Source of the DNA: an uncultured Planctomycetota bacterium
Lineage (GTDB): Bacteria > Planctomycetota > Planctomycetia > Isosphaerales > Isosphaeraceae
NCBI GenBank assembly: GCA_963823665.1
Contig: CAWGMQ010000003.1
Span: forward strand, 128,001-192,000
Length of the DNA: 64,000 bases
Reading direction: 5' to 3'
Shown here: piece after piece, positions 1-9,804 of the stretch
Position numbering within the stretch: the stretch's first letter is position 1
Layout of the letters: each line of letters opens with the position of its first letter
The notes under the pieces: model-generated
Told to the model about the DNA's origin: nothing
What the model saw: the letters and a program-made list of their open reading frames with translations, nothing else
The model's database searches: none
Translations under genes and position numbers: made by a program

Positions 1-1
1 C

Positions 2-1003
2 CAAGTAACGGTCCCACGTGATGTAAGCCGGCAGTCGATCCGTTTGGAGCACCGTCCACTCTGACATCGGCATCTCGCGCATCTTGACCTTGGTGCCACC
101 CGAAGCCGATTTTTTGTGATCCACGCGGCGACGCCCATAGGAGTAGGCTCCGGCGTAGATCGGATGGTGGAGCATTCGAGAGACCGTGGCCAGCGTGGGC
201 CGGCGCCATTCCAGTTGGCCCCGCCGTGAGCCTCGCTGCACTCGCATTCCCAAGCGGATTTTGTTCCGCACCAGATAGCGGTAGACCCGCCCGAAAGAGC
301 CCAGCTCGTCGAACGTGTCGAAAACCAATTGGACGATCGACCTCGCCTCTTCATCGGGGTCGATAACGACCTCGCCGGTGGGTAGTTTTAAGTACCCGCA
401 CGGTACGCTGAGGATTAATTCGCACCGCTGGGCCTTGTAAAGTTTGCCCCCTTCCAGGCGGTTGTGCATCGTAACCAGCTCATATTCACTCATGGTGCCT
501 TTCAGCCCCAAAAGGAGACGGTCGTTGGGGTCCCGCGGATCGTAGAGACCGTCCTCATCCGCCAGGATCGTTCCGAAGATGGAACACATCTGTAATAAGT
601 GATGCCAATCCTCGTTGCAGCGGGCCAACCGACTCATCTCGATCCCCAGGATCAAACCGACGTGTTCCATGGTAACTTCGGCCAGGATGCGATGAAATCC
701 GCTCCGATTTTCGGCCGTCTTGCCGCTGAGTCCTTGGTCGTCGTCGATGATCAGGATACGGTCGCGGGGCCATCCCAGTGCGATCGCGTGGTTGACCAGC
801 GCGTACTGGCGTTCGCGTGATTCTCGGTGATCGCGGATTTGCTGCGGAGAGGATTGGCGGACGTAGATGATCGCCAGCAATCCGAGGTGCCAATCCGTGA
901 TCAGGCCGGGCCGGACGCGACGTACGGTAGGATTCGCGGTGGGCACGGCCACCGGTTGCGGGTTTGCCGAGAGGAGCGGGCAGATGGTTTCACGAGCGCT
1001 CAT
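2..1003 (-). CDS. Large serine recombinase (resolvase + recombinase domains), 3'-truncated by window edge
   Basis: Manual translation from ATG 1003 (absent from ORF track because no stop is in the window): AIIYVRQSSPQQ, IIDDDQGLSG, EMSRLAR, YDPRDPNDRLLLGLKGTMSE, HPIYAGAY. Confidence 0.92.
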   Translation of the reverse strand, partial: MSARETICPLLSANPQPVAVPTANPTVRRVRPGLITDWHLGLLAIIYVRQSSPQQIRDHRESRERQYALVNHAIALGWPRDRILIIDDDQGLSGKTAENRSGFHRILAEVTMEHVGLILGIEMSRLARCNEDWHHLLQMCSIFGTILADEDGLYDPRDPNDRLLLGLKGTMSEYELVTMHNRLEGGKLYKAQRCELILSVPCGYLKLPTGEVVIDPDEEARSIVQLVFDTFDELGSFGRVYRYLVRNKIRLGMRVQRGSRRGQLEWRRPTLATVSRMLHHPIYAGAYSYGRRRVDHKKSASGGTKVKMREMPMSEWTVLQTDRLPAYITWDRYL

Positions 1004-1140
1004 GCGTCACCTCCTTGCCGTCTGGAGGCTTCGCCAGTTGCTGGGCGATGACACGGGTCAGTGCGCTGAGAATTCGTTCTCGAAGCTCGACGGGGAAGGT
1101 CACCCAGATCTGCTGAGAATTGGGATGACTGTTTACTTTC
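990..1140 (-). CDS. Small ORF overlapping the recombinase start; start codon uncertain
   Basis: C-terminal part of ORF 990..1316 (NSQQIWVTFPVELRERILSALTRVIAQQL...KEVTHERS*); contains the AAGGAGG SD of the recombinase. Confidence 0.45.
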
Positions 1141-1319
1141 CCGCGGCGCGGGGGGGACGACGGTGGTTCGAGATTGGAGCGAGACAACCCTCCTTGCTGA
1201 GTTCTCCGCCGGCGCTCCTGATACCACTCCGCCAATCGGAGTAGCGCCGGCAACCCGATGATAGCCACCGTCGACGGCGTCTGGCGAGGTGTGACTAGAT
1301 GAGCAGTTTGTTCCACAGA

Positions 1320-1368
1320 TCCGGATCAGTGGGAGCCCTGGCGGAGCGATCCGCCAAGGCGACCCGGC
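1320..1368 (+). ncRNA. Group II intron 3' remnant (3' strand of DV + DVI)
   Basis: TCCGGATCAGTGGGAGCCCTGGCGGAGCGATCCGCCAAGGCGACCCGGC is nearly identical to 3036-3084; followed by exon GACATCC. Confidence 0.85.
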
Positions 1369-1408
1369 GACATCCTCCAGGAACAGTTCCCTTGTACTTT
1401 CCGATGCG

Positions 1409-1825
1409 CTACGTGGTCGATGCTTTCCTGGATTTGCTTCCCTTAGCGGCCTTGACGGCTGAATTCTTGCGCGTGGAGGACTTGGCGATATTGGAGAGCG
1501 ACGTTTTTGCGGTGCGTTCGTCCATGAGTGGGCCGGTCAAGTCGGCGAGTGTGCCCCCGAGGACGAAGAGGAGCGTCACCATCGCATCAAGCGTTACTCG
1601 GGGCGAGCAGTTCTCGATTTTGGCCACCCGCGATTGATCCACGCGGGCCATTGCGGCGAGTTGCTCCTGCGTGATCTTGCGCTGCGTGCGCAACCGACGA
1701 ATGGCCATAGCCGTCGTGATTTTCAGGTCGATCAGGAGCGACTCTTCGTCGCTGAGGCCGAGGAAATCGGCGGTGTCCCCCTCCACCCATCCCGGCTTTC
1801 GGTCCACATCTCTGACTTTCCGCAT
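1409..1825 (-). CDS. XRE/HigA-like HTH antitoxin
   Basis: GW..GDTADFLGLSDEE then HTH ITQEQLAAMARVDQSRVAKIE; N-terminus may be affected by a deletion. Confidence 0.75.
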   Translation of the reverse strand: MRKVRDVDRKPGWVEGDTADFLGLSDEESLLIDLKITTAMAIRRLRTQRKITQEQLAAMARVDQSRVAKIENCSPRVTLDAMVTLLFVLGGTLADLTGPLMDERTAKTSLSNIAKSSTRKNSAVKAAKGSKSRKASTT

Positions 1826-1943
1826 TGTGAAGGCGTCTCAAGAGCATACCCGCCTCGCGTCTGCCTTCGTTGGAGAAGGGCGGAGACTTGACCTCGCCCT
1901 TCAACCAATGCAGTCGTTTGACCTCGGCAGGCCCCGTGCTCAT
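1826..1943 (-). pseudogene. Truncated RelE/Gp49-like toxin N-terminus
   Basis: KRLHWLKGEVKSPPFSNEGRREAGMLLRRL resembles Gp49/HigB-like toxins but similarity stops after ~40 aa; TTGACA at 1973-1978 (minus) upstream. Confidence 0.65.
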
Positions 1944-2127
1944 CCATGAGGTTTAGGACAAAACTGTCATAATGTCAATCTGAATCGGCTGCATTGATCA
2001 GGAAATTGCTCGAATCGTGAAACGGTTGGTGCCGGATTTGGCTTCAGGCGATCGGCTCGCCCATCTCTTCGCGGAGGGGGAGGAGCGCGGGGAACGGCAG
2101 GGTTGCCAGACACCCACAGCGTTGCCA

Positions 2128-2295
2128 GGCAGGGTTGCCAGACACCCACAGATGGCACCGCGGAAAGTGGGTGTCTTTGCGTCACCCATCGATCGCAGAA
2201 CGCGAACGGGTGCGAGTTACGAGTGCCTGGCTTCTAACAAAACCCACTCCAGAGACCGGGCATCTGGCTGGCCAGAGTTTGGGTGTCTGGCTTCC
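2128..2295 (+). repeat. ~168-bp dispersed repeat, copy 1 (copy 2 3410-3578; partial copy 3 10486-10594)
   Basis: Direct comparison: GGCAGGGTTGCCAGACACCCACAGATGGCAC...GATCGCAGAACGCGAACGGGTG...ACCCACTCCAGAGACCGGGC...GGGTGTCTG. Confidence 0.9.
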
Positions 2296-2351
2296 CCTCT
2301 GGCTTCCCCTGGCTCCCCTGGGTGTTTGGCTTCCCGAGAGGGTGGGTGTCT

Positions 2352-3084
2352 TTGCGTCAGGAAAAGCTCGAGAAAGGGGGAAGTGCCTCGAAACACAGAA
2401 ACCTTTCATCGCGACCCTGCGGGTTAACGAATCCCGCCCGGCAGAGCCTGGCCGGCAGCCGGAAGCAAGTCTTGCGTGGGGAGGGGTGACCCTCACTGCG
2501 AAGCGTAGACAGCGAGTCCACATGCCATGCTATCGAGCCCCGAAATACTCATCGTGGGAGCCTCCGTTGTAGACACAAGCGGGGGCCGTGTCGACACGCC
2601 GCAATGGCCTGGCGTGTTCGGTCCTGCCGGGGTCCAAGAACATGGCGCAGGGACGCGAGGGTTGCTCGGGAACCTGAGAGCCCCATCCGTCTCCACTGAC
2701 ATTTCCGGCTCGGGAACCGGAATACCAACTCCCCGGCCCACGACCCCGCGTCGGGTCGCTGGGAGCGAACAAGACGCAAGGGTGGTATCGCCAAGCGAAG
2801 GCAACGAAGTGCGGCGAAAGGGGCGGATGGGAGTCGGAGTGCTCCGTAGTAGCAGTGAAGCGGGGGAATGGGCCCTCCCAGACCCTGTGGAGCGAAGGGG
2901 GCACCGTGTCGTGGACTGGACGCCGGAACCACGCCGAGGGCATTGGACCTCAGAGCGCGTCACCGCGAGGCGACCAGATCGTGTGAGGGACAGCGACGCC
3001 GCGACATGACGAGCCGGATGCCTTAATTGGGCACGTCCGGATCAGTGGGAGCCCTGGCGGAGCGATCCGCCAGGGCGACCCGGC
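2352..3084 (+). ncRNA. ORF-less group II intron, apparently complete (733 nt)
   Basis: 5' TTGCG after GGGTGTCT; DV GAGCCGGATGCCTTAATTGGGCACGTCCGGATC at 3011-3043; DVI ending GACCCGGC; putative EBS1 AGACAC (2571-2576) complementary to exon GTGTCT; removal restores GGGTGTCT^GGCTTCCC. Confidence 0.85.
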
Positions 3085-3120
3085 GGCTTCCCTCTGGCTT
3101 CCCTCGCAACGACCGAGAGA

Positions 3121-3350
3121 GATTCCAGACGCCCATCTTTTGGTCACGGTCGACCGGATTCCATTCATTCGCGACTCGCACAATCGGCGCACAACCACGA
3201 GATTCCAGACACCCATCGTTTGGTCACGGTCCCCCGCATTCCATTCATTCGCGGCTCGCACGTTCGGCGCACAACCACGGCCTCTGGTCATTTCCAGCAC
3301 GCATCAGGCGAGTGTCCGACGCTCCGCAGACGGTGGGTGTCTGACATCCC
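3121..3350 (+). repeat. Two 80-bp tandem units starting GATTCCAGAC(G/A)CCCATC, overlapping an ~85-bp segment repeated at 11664-11750
   Basis: 3121-3200 vs 3201-3280; CGGCGCACAACCACGGCCTCTGGTCATTTCCAGCACGCA at 3265 and 11666. Confidence 0.85.
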
Positions 3351-3409
3351 GGTGTCTGACATCCCTGACATCCCTTCTTCAATAAGTCCTCGGGGACGAT
3401 GTGAATCGA

Positions 3410-3578
3410 GGCAGGGTTGCCAGACACCCACAGATGGCACTGCGGAAAGTGGGTGTCTTTGCGTCACCCATCGATCGCAGAACGCGAACGGGTGCGAGTT
3501 TACGAGTGCCTGGCTTCTAACAAAACCCACTCCAGAGACCGGGCATCTGGCTCGCCAGACTTTGGGTGTCTGACTTCC
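3410..3578 (+). repeat. ~168-bp dispersed repeat, copy 2
   Basis: Near-identical to 2128-2295. Confidence 0.9.
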
Positions 3579-3601
3579 TTAGAGTTTGGGTGTCTGGCTT
3601 C

Positions 3602-3786
3602 AGAATGATAGCTGATACGACGCCTGCCCAGCTCTTCCACATCCACGTTTGAAACCCAACCGCTTCGGCTATCTTAGTAATAAAACCGGTTACTTCTTCC
3701 TTCGGTGGCATCGCGGTTAAAATTTTGAAGTCATCATTCGCAATATTATACTGCCGCTTTATCTCCTCTCTTGTAGGTATGCTCAT
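3602..3786 (-). pseudogene. Low-GC hypothetical gene fragment running into the CCAGACACCC repeat
   Basis: MSIPTREEIKRQYNIANDDFKIL...SAIIL then repeat-derived KPDTQ. Confidence 0.4.
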
Positions 3787-3899
3787 GAGTTGTCTCCATG
3801 TTATACGCCGCACTTAGCTAACCCATTGTCACAACAGCGTAATCTGATTCAGGGCGGACGTCTACAGGCGGATAGCCACAACCAAAGAGATTGTATCAC

Positions 3900-3929
3900 T
3901 TGACATCAAACGATAACAAACGATACAAG
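3900..3929 (+). promoter_or_regulatory. Sigma70-like promoter with two CAAACGATA direct repeats; probably leaderless
   Basis: TTGACA 3900-3905, TACAAG 3924-3929, repeats at 3907-3915 and 3917-3925, ATG at 3936 without SD. Confidence 0.55.
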
Positions 3930-3935
3930 AGACGC

Positions 3936-5948
3936 ATGGCATCCACGCAATGGCTGAATACGGACGAAGCGGCTCAATATCTGGGGCTTGGGAAAACATT
4001 TGTTTACGCAATGGCTCAGGAAGGTAAAATCCCGGCCAATAAAGTGGGTAAGCAATGGCGGTTTAACACTGTCCATCTCGACGAATGGCTTCGATCGAAA
4101 AAGGACATCAAGTCGTTCTTTAGCACTGTTGTTTTCAACATCGCTGACAACACCGAGCTTCGCCAACCGCAACAAGATGGGTATGACCGAATCTATGAGT
4201 TTTTCACGCGAGGCGGTCGCGTTGCAATTGTGCAATTTCCGGTAGGGTGCGGCAAGACCGGGCTTGCTGCAATCGCTCCATTCGGCATTTGCAAGGGCCG
4301 CGTTCTGTACATCGCTCCAAACCTGACGATAAACGGCGAATTATACGATAATCTGAACATTAGCAACCGTCAAAAGTGTTTCTGGCGGCGGCGGCATGTG
4401 CTCGATGAGAAAGACATGGCAAACGGGCCGTACGTAACGACACTTGACGACTCGAATGTTAATGTCTGCCAACAATCGCACATCATCGTTACGAATATCC
4501 AAGAGCTGGCGTTGGTAGACGAAAAGTGGCTTCACAAATTCGGCAGTGATTTCTTCGACATGATCGTTGTCGATGAGGCACATCACAATGCGGCTGCGAG
4601 CTGGCAGAAAGTGTTTCAGCAGTTTCCAGAGGCGAAGGTCTTAAACCTCACTGCAACCCCTTTCCGAAGCGACAAAAAGGAGATACAGGGCGACCTTGTT
4701 TACCGCTATTCATTCAAAAATGCCGCGATTAAAGGCTACATAAAAAAACTGCGTGCCAGTTATGTGGCTCCAGACGAAGTAGTGATGTTCACGGCGGAGG
4801 GCAAAAAGACGACTTACACCCTCGCCGAAGTTATGAAAATGAAGGAAGATGAATGGTTTAGCAAAAACATCGCCTTATCCGAAGCGTGCAACACGAATAT
4901 CGTAAATAACAGTCTGGAAAAGCTCGAGCATCTGAGGCTGACTGGAACACGACACCAGGTTATCGCCGTGGCGTGTTCGATTCGGCACGCTAAGCAGGTT
5001 GCAGCACTCTACAAAGAGCGGGGCTTCTCTTGCGAAATTCTGCACAGCCACATGAAAGAGGATGAGCAGACGCAAGTACTGCTCAGCCTGCGAAACGGGA
5101 CGCTTGATTGTATTGTTCAGGTCGCGATGCTGGGTGAAGGTTTCGATCATCCCAAGCTGAGCGTAGCGGCGATCTTTCGCCCATTCCGCACATTGGCCCC
5201 GTACATCCAGTTTGTCGGCCGGATCATGCGGGTCATCGTGCAAAATAACCCAACGCACCCAGATAATTACGGCCACATCGTGACGCACGTCGGCATGAAT
5301 CAGGATGTGTTGCTGAAAGAATTTCGCGAGTTTGAGAGGGATGACGAAGAGTTCTGGGCAAAAGTCATCGGCGGTGAAGAGCCCGAGCCCCCGGGCAACG
5401 TGACATCTGGGGCTGCTCGCCTCCGTGGCCACAACGACGTGCGGATCCACGAAGAGATCGTAGACAATCTGTTTGAGGAAGCGTTCCTGGACGAAGATGA
5501 CGAAGCCATGTTGAAGGCAATTCGCGAGCAGCTAGAGGCACTTGGGCTTGATCCTGCGGCTGCCCAGGAAATGTATGAAAAAGCTAAACGGGGACGTTCC
5601 GGCCTGCAAAAGGTCGATGCTGCGGAACCTTTTGCAGTGCTCCCACAGAAAGCATTTCAAGAGGCCCGAATACTGTTATTAGATGATGTAAAACACCACG
5701 CCAAGATACTGCTTAACCGATGTGAATTACCGCTGATGGGCATGGAGCTTCAGGCGAAAAAAGCAATCCTGGGTCCGAATCTGGCGGTGGCGACCATTAT
5801 GTTCAATAAGGAACTCGGTAAGAGGGCGGTAAATAAGGAAGCTCGCTCACAGTGGTCGGTAGACGATTTCAAAGCCGCGAAAGACCTCCTCCCGGATATC
5901 CTGAACGCATTAACCCGTCAACTGAAGAAAGTACTCGCGGATGAGTAA
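3936..5948 (+). CDS. Excisionase-type HTH fused to SF2 (ResIII-like) DEAD/DEAH helicase
   Basis: WLNTDEAAQYLG...GKIPANKVGKQWRF; PVGCGKTG, DEAHH, TATP, GEGFDHP, QFVGRIMR. Confidence 0.9.
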   Translation: MASTQWLNTDEAAQYLGLGKTFVYAMAQEGKIPANKVGKQWRFNTVHLDEWLRSKKDIKSFFSTVVFNIADNTELRQPQQDGYDRIYEFFTRGGRVAIVQFPVGCGKTGLAAIAPFGICKGRVLYIAPNLTINGELYDNLNISNRQKCFWRRRHVLDEKDMANGPYVTTLDDSNVNVCQQSHIIVTNIQELALVDEKWLHKFGSDFFDMIVVDEAHHNAAASWQKVFQQFPEAKVLNLTATPFRSDKKEIQGDLVYRYSFKNAAIKGYIKKLRASYVAPDEVVMFTAEGKKTTYTLAEVMKMKEDEWFSKNIALSEACNTNIVNNSLEKLEHLRLTGTRHQVIAVACSIRHAKQVAALYKERGFSCEILHSHMKEDEQTQVLLSLRNGTLDCIVQVAMLGEGFDHPKLSVAAIFRPFRTLAPYIQFVGRIMRVIVQNNPTHPDNYGHIVTHVGMNQDVLLKEFREFERDDEEFWAKVIGGEEPEPPGNVTSGAARLRGHNDVRIHEEIVDNLFEEAFLDEDDEAMLKAIREQLEALGLDPAAAQEMYEKAKRGRSGLQKVDAAEPFAVLPQKAFQEARILLLDDVKHHAKILLNRCELPLMGMELQAKKAILGPNLAVATIMFNKELGKRAVNKEARSQWSVDDFKAAKDLLPDILNALTRQLKKVLADE

Positions 5949-6198
5949 ACCGCCATCCCTGATTAGTGGCTGCAACGGTAAACCGGAAGCGTACCAAGCA
6001 AGCCGTCAGGTAACGTGTTGCCGTTGTGACACGAAAATCGTGAAAGACGGTGCTGCTGTCAAAATCCCAACGAAGACGCAAGGCTACGCGGCGAAAAAAA
6101 TCTACTGTCTAGTCTGTTTTGCCGCGATCGTTAAACAGACACGCCTGGATTTAACTCACCTTGAGCAAACATTGATCCCGATACACGCCGCACAATGA
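5941..6198 (+). CDS. Small putative zinc-binding protein
   Basis: CCRC...CLVC; overlaps the helicase stop. Confidence 0.65.
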   Translation: MSKPPSLISGCNGKPEAYQASRQVTCCRCDTKIVKDGAAVKIPTKTQGYAAKKIYCLVCFAAIVKQTRLDLTHLEQTLIPIHAAQ

Positions 6199-6229
6199 GA
6201 GTTGTGCCTGGGCGGTCAAAGGTGACGCG

Positions 6230-6700
6230 ATGATACTTCCGGCAGGGACAGTGAGGTGCAACATGTGCGGCGGTAGCGGTATCTCGAGGCTGAGCAACCT
6301 CGCATGCGAGGAATGCAACGCTTTTGGGTTTCGCCCGGCTGATCCGACACGGACCTTGCGGTGCAACATTTGTGGAGGCAGCGGGATATCGAGGCTATCC
6401 TCACAAAAGTGTGAAAGATGTGATGGATACGGCACCGTCGCTCCACCGAGCTTTGTTCGCGGCGGCGATGACAATGTGGTAAGGAGGGGTTTGAAAATAC
6501 CGTGGCCGAAAGGATTAGGGCAGCGGGGTGACGTGGTGCTTGCCACGGTGGAGATCGCATTGTTCGTTGCAGCAGCGGTTTTCGGAATACTCTGGATTAG
6601 AGCGTCAGGCAGCAGCTATGAAGCGTTGGCCGCGTTCTTCGCCCTAGTAAGCGGCGGGGGCGTCGGCCAGTTGCGTCGCTATCTAGGGCACCGGCAGTGA
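6230..6700 (+). CDS. DnaJ-type CxxCxGxG zinc-finger repeat protein with two C-terminal hydrophobic helices
   Basis: CNMCGGSG, CEECNAFG, CNICGGSG, CERCDGYG; hydrophobic C-terminus. Confidence 0.6.
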   Translation: MILPAGTVRCNMCGGSGISRLSNLACEECNAFGFRPADPTRTLRCNICGGSGISRLSSQKCERCDGYGTVAPPSFVRGGDDNVVRRGLKIPWPKGLGQRGDVVLATVEIALFVAAAVFGILWIRASGSSYEALAAFFALVSGGGVGQLRRYLGHRQ

Positions 6701-6873
6701 ATCGTCGTCTGATCGTGTTCCCGATCCAAGTCGACCACGACATGGGCGGTGAATAGCTCGGATTATCCGACGCCAAGAAGATTGGCGGTTGCTGGGAGGC
6801 GTCGCTTGCCTTACAAGGTAGAGAATCGATGCCTGCGGGTAGTCATGTTGCCAATCACTTAACGATTATTAGT

Positions 6874-7530
6874 ATGGACAAATCCACACTTACGGTCGAA
6901 CTATTGCTGGATGAGGCGAAGATCTTCTCAGAACAAGAATCGGTGCACCCAGAACCGACAATTTTCGGCGTGACCGATGGAAAAGCCATCGGCACCTATC
7001 TCGAGCATAAGTTTCAGCAGCATTTAGAAATAAAGTATGTGCATGCTCCTGGAAATTCTGCGAGCGGCATCGACCTGCCCGGCCTCGCGGTGGATATGAA
7101 AGTAACAAGCATTCGTCAGCCGCAGTCGTCGTGCCCTTTCAAACATGCTCGTCAAAAGATCTACGGCCTCGGATATTCGTTGCTTGTTTTCGTATATGAC
7201 AAGACAGATGATTCAGCAAATCGCACCGCGATTTTGAACATCCAACACACCATCTTTATTGACGCCAAACAGACGGGCGATTTCCAGATGACCAAGGGCT
7301 TGCGCGAAATCATCGAACGGGAAGGCAATGAGGACGACCTGGTTTCTTTCATGCAAGACAAAATGCTGCCGGTGGATGAGATCGAGGTCCGTCGGATCGC
7401 ACAGGATCTTTTGAAATCGCCCCCCGAGCAAGGCTATCTTACAATCTCGAACGCACTGCAATGGCGGCTTCAGTATGGTAGGGTGATCGTACAAGCCGGT
7501 GCAGTAGCAGGGATTACAAGGATACGGTAA
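6874..7530 (+). CDS. Type II restriction endonuclease (NspV-like by recall, unverified)
   Basis: GVTDGKAIGTYLE, IDLP...VDMKVTS (PD-D/ExK-like), QPQSSCPFK; directly upstream of an MTase. Confidence 0.75.
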   Translation: MDKSTLTVELLLDEAKIFSEQESVHPEPTIFGVTDGKAIGTYLEHKFQQHLEIKYVHAPGNSASGIDLPGLAVDMKVTSIRQPQSSCPFKHARQKIYGLGYSLLVFVYDKTDDSANRTAILNIQHTIFIDAKQTGDFQMTKGLREIIEREGNEDDLVSFMQDKMLPVDEIEVRRIAQDLLKSPPEQGYLTISNALQWRLQYGRVIVQAGAVAGITRIR

Positions 7531-7534
7531 ATCA

Positions 7535-9055
7535 ATGGCTTCTGGAAGGATCGCAGCGGTGCCCGATGAGTTCGGCGATTTTCAAACTCCTGAAACCTTG
7601 GCGGCGAGTGCATGTCGGCTTCTTTCGGGACGTGGCCTGAACCCGGCTTCTGTTCTCGAACCGACCTGCGGTGTGGGCAATTTTCTGCTAGCGGCAATCG
7701 AGCAGTTTCCCGATTTGACGACCGGAAGCGGCATCGATATTAATAATGACTATGTGTGCCTGGTTAGAAAAAGGCTAATCGACGGCTCTTATGCCGATAA
7801 GGTGAAAGTCCTTCAGGAGAGCTTCTTCGACGTCGACTGGAAGACCATTCTCCACGATTTGCCGGAACCAATCCTCGTTGTCGGAAACCCGCCGTGGGTG
7901 ACGAATTCGACACTCGGCGTGATCGGAAGTTCAAACCTGCCGAAAAAATCCAACTTCCAGAATTTCAACGGGCTGGAAGCCCTTACCGGCAAAAGCAATT
8001 TCGATATATCGGAATGGATGCTGATAAAACTGTTGGAAATGCTCGATGGACGTAGGGCAACTCTGGCCATGCTATGCAAAACGGCGGTTGCCCGAAAGGT
8101 CTTGGTCAATGCTTGGAAAAACGATGTCGGCCTAGCTGGTGCCGAAATCTATCCAATAGACGCCGCGGCGTCGTTCGGTGCTGCCGTCGATGCCTGCCTG
8201 TTGGTCTGCTCTCTGTCGCCCGCCAGTCACGGTCGGGATTGCCGCGTTTTCAAGAGTTTGGAAGATTCAATGCAGGTCGCGACCATCGGCTTTCACGATG
8301 GCCAGTTGGTGGCGGACGTTTCGGCCTACGAGCGTTGGAAGCACTTAAGTGGAAAGGAAGTCTACAAGTGGCGTTCCGGCGTCAAGCACGATTGCTCGAA
8401 GGTGATGGAACTGCGAAGAGAAGGCAATAACTTTCGCAACGGATTTGACGAACTAATTGATTTGGAATTGGATTATGTTTATCCGATGTTGAAAAGCTCG
8501 GAGATTACTAATGGGAAGAGCAAGCAACCGACCCGCTGGATGCTGGTTACACAGAAAGCCGTAGGCGATGAGACATCGGCCATACGATTGGACGCACCAA
8601 GAACTTGGGCGTACTTACAGAAGCAAGGCGAATTGCTGGATCGCAGGGGCAGCTCAATTTACCGGAATCGTCCTCGATTCTCGGTGTTCGGCGTCGGCGA
8701 TTACTCGTTTGCACAGTGGAAGGTGGCAATTTCTGGATTTTACAAGAAGCTGCAGTTCGCGACTATTGGTCCCCATGAGGGAAAGCCGGTAGTTCTTGAT
8801 GATACGTCGTATTTTGTGGCGTGCCAAAGTGAGCGGGAAGCCCGATTCATCGCGGATTTGCTAAACTCTGACACTGCCCGCGAGTACTTCTCTGCGTTCG
8901 TGTTCTGGGATGCAAAACGTCCGATAACGATTGACATACTGCGGCGGCTCGATCTGGCCGCTTTGGCGTATGAGCTCGGCTCGATCGACACTTTGGAGAG
9001 TTTTCGGGCAAAATCGCGAACGCACCAGCCCTATCGCCAAGTTGAGCTATTCTGA
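7535..9055 (+). CDS. Amino-DNA methyltransferase (gamma order, N6-adenine type)
   Basis: GDFQTP, LEPTCGVGNF (motif I), GNPPW (motif IV). Confidence 0.9.
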   Translation: MASGRIAAVPDEFGDFQTPETLAASACRLLSGRGLNPASVLEPTCGVGNFLLAAIEQFPDLTTGSGIDINNDYVCLVRKRLIDGSYADKVKVLQESFFDVDWKTILHDLPEPILVVGNPPWVTNSTLGVIGSSNLPKKSNFQNFNGLEALTGKSNFDISEWMLIKLLEMLDGRRATLAMLCKTAVARKVLVNAWKNDVGLAGAEIYPIDAAASFGAAVDACLLVCSLSPASHGRDCRVFKSLEDSMQVATIGFHDGQLVADVSAYERWKHLSGKEVYKWRSGVKHDCSKVMELRREGNNFRNGFDELIDLELDYVYPMLKSSEITNGKSKQPTRWMLVTQKAVGDETSAIRLDAPRTWAYLQKQGELLDRRGSSIYRNRPRFSVFGVGDYSFAQWKVAISGFYKKLQFATIGPHEGKPVVLDDTSYFVACQSEREARFIADLLNSDTAREYFSAFVFWDAKRPITIDILRRLDLAALAYELGSIDTLESFRAKSRTHQPYRQVELF

Positions 9056-9126
9056 AACGTTGACGCGTCTATTCGGTGATTCAAAACCAAGGCGGGGCAG
9101 GCGTGCGGAGTGCGAGAGCGATGGAG

Positions 9127-9804
9127 TCAGGCCAGAGCGTCATCGGAATCTTGCTCCTGACCATCCCGATCGAACGAGTCCGCATACTGCTGTAATACTT
9201 CTGACATTTCATACCGGCTTTGTTCAAGATCTGTCTCCACATTCAAGCCGAAATCGATGGCTTCTAGACCGGCGAGAACCTCGCTCATGGTTGTAGAAAA
9301 GGCGTGTAGACTGATTGTCTGATTTAGTGGGGTTGCATGCTTGCCATCCCGATCGATGGGGTAGCGATAGGAGAATGATTCGGGATCGATGCGGGCGAAC
9401 TCGGACGCCGTTGTCAGTGTTTTTTGCAGGAAGAACTCCAGATCATTGTCGTTTGGGAACAATCGTCTGAGTATCTTCGCGGCAGCTTCGGCGAGCGGCA
9501 CAAGCCGGTGGTCGTTCCAGAGTTTTCTTGGGAAGTCATGAATACCCTTAAATGCACACAGCAAAGCTGGCGTATAGATGACGTGCTTTAGATACAATTC
9601 AAATGCGTGCCGATATAAGAAAACAGCAGGATACGCTTCGTAATCGCGGAAGCCGTACTCCCTGGCGAGGAGTTCCTTCGCCAACATCTCTGCTGCACGG
9701 CTATATCCTTTGGCAAATACGCCGAAGTGATCCTTCGGTGTACTGCCAAAGCCAATACTGAAATCGTGTGTGTTGCTGATCGTGTTGTAAAAAGCCATGG
9801 TCAC
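9127..9804 (-). CDS. Hypothetical protein, HEPN-like
   Basis: YPAVFLYRHAFELYLK, HRLVPL, DPESFSYRYP pattern. Confidence 0.55.
   Translation of the reverse strand: MTMAFYNTISNTHDFSIGFGSTPKDHFGVFAKGYSRAAEMLAKELLAREYGFRDYEAYPAVFLYRHAFELYLKHVIYTPALLCAFKGIHDFPRKLWNDHRLVPLAEAAAKILRRLFPNDNDLEFFLQKTLTTASEFARIDPESFSYRYPIDRDGKHATPLNQTISLHAFSTTMSEVLAGLEAIDFGLNVETDLEQSRYEMSEVLQQYADSFDRDGQEQDSDDALA

Noticed and set aside
2182..3608. Numerous short ORFs in the ORF track
   Set aside because: They overlap intron RNA and repeats and show no protein motifs.
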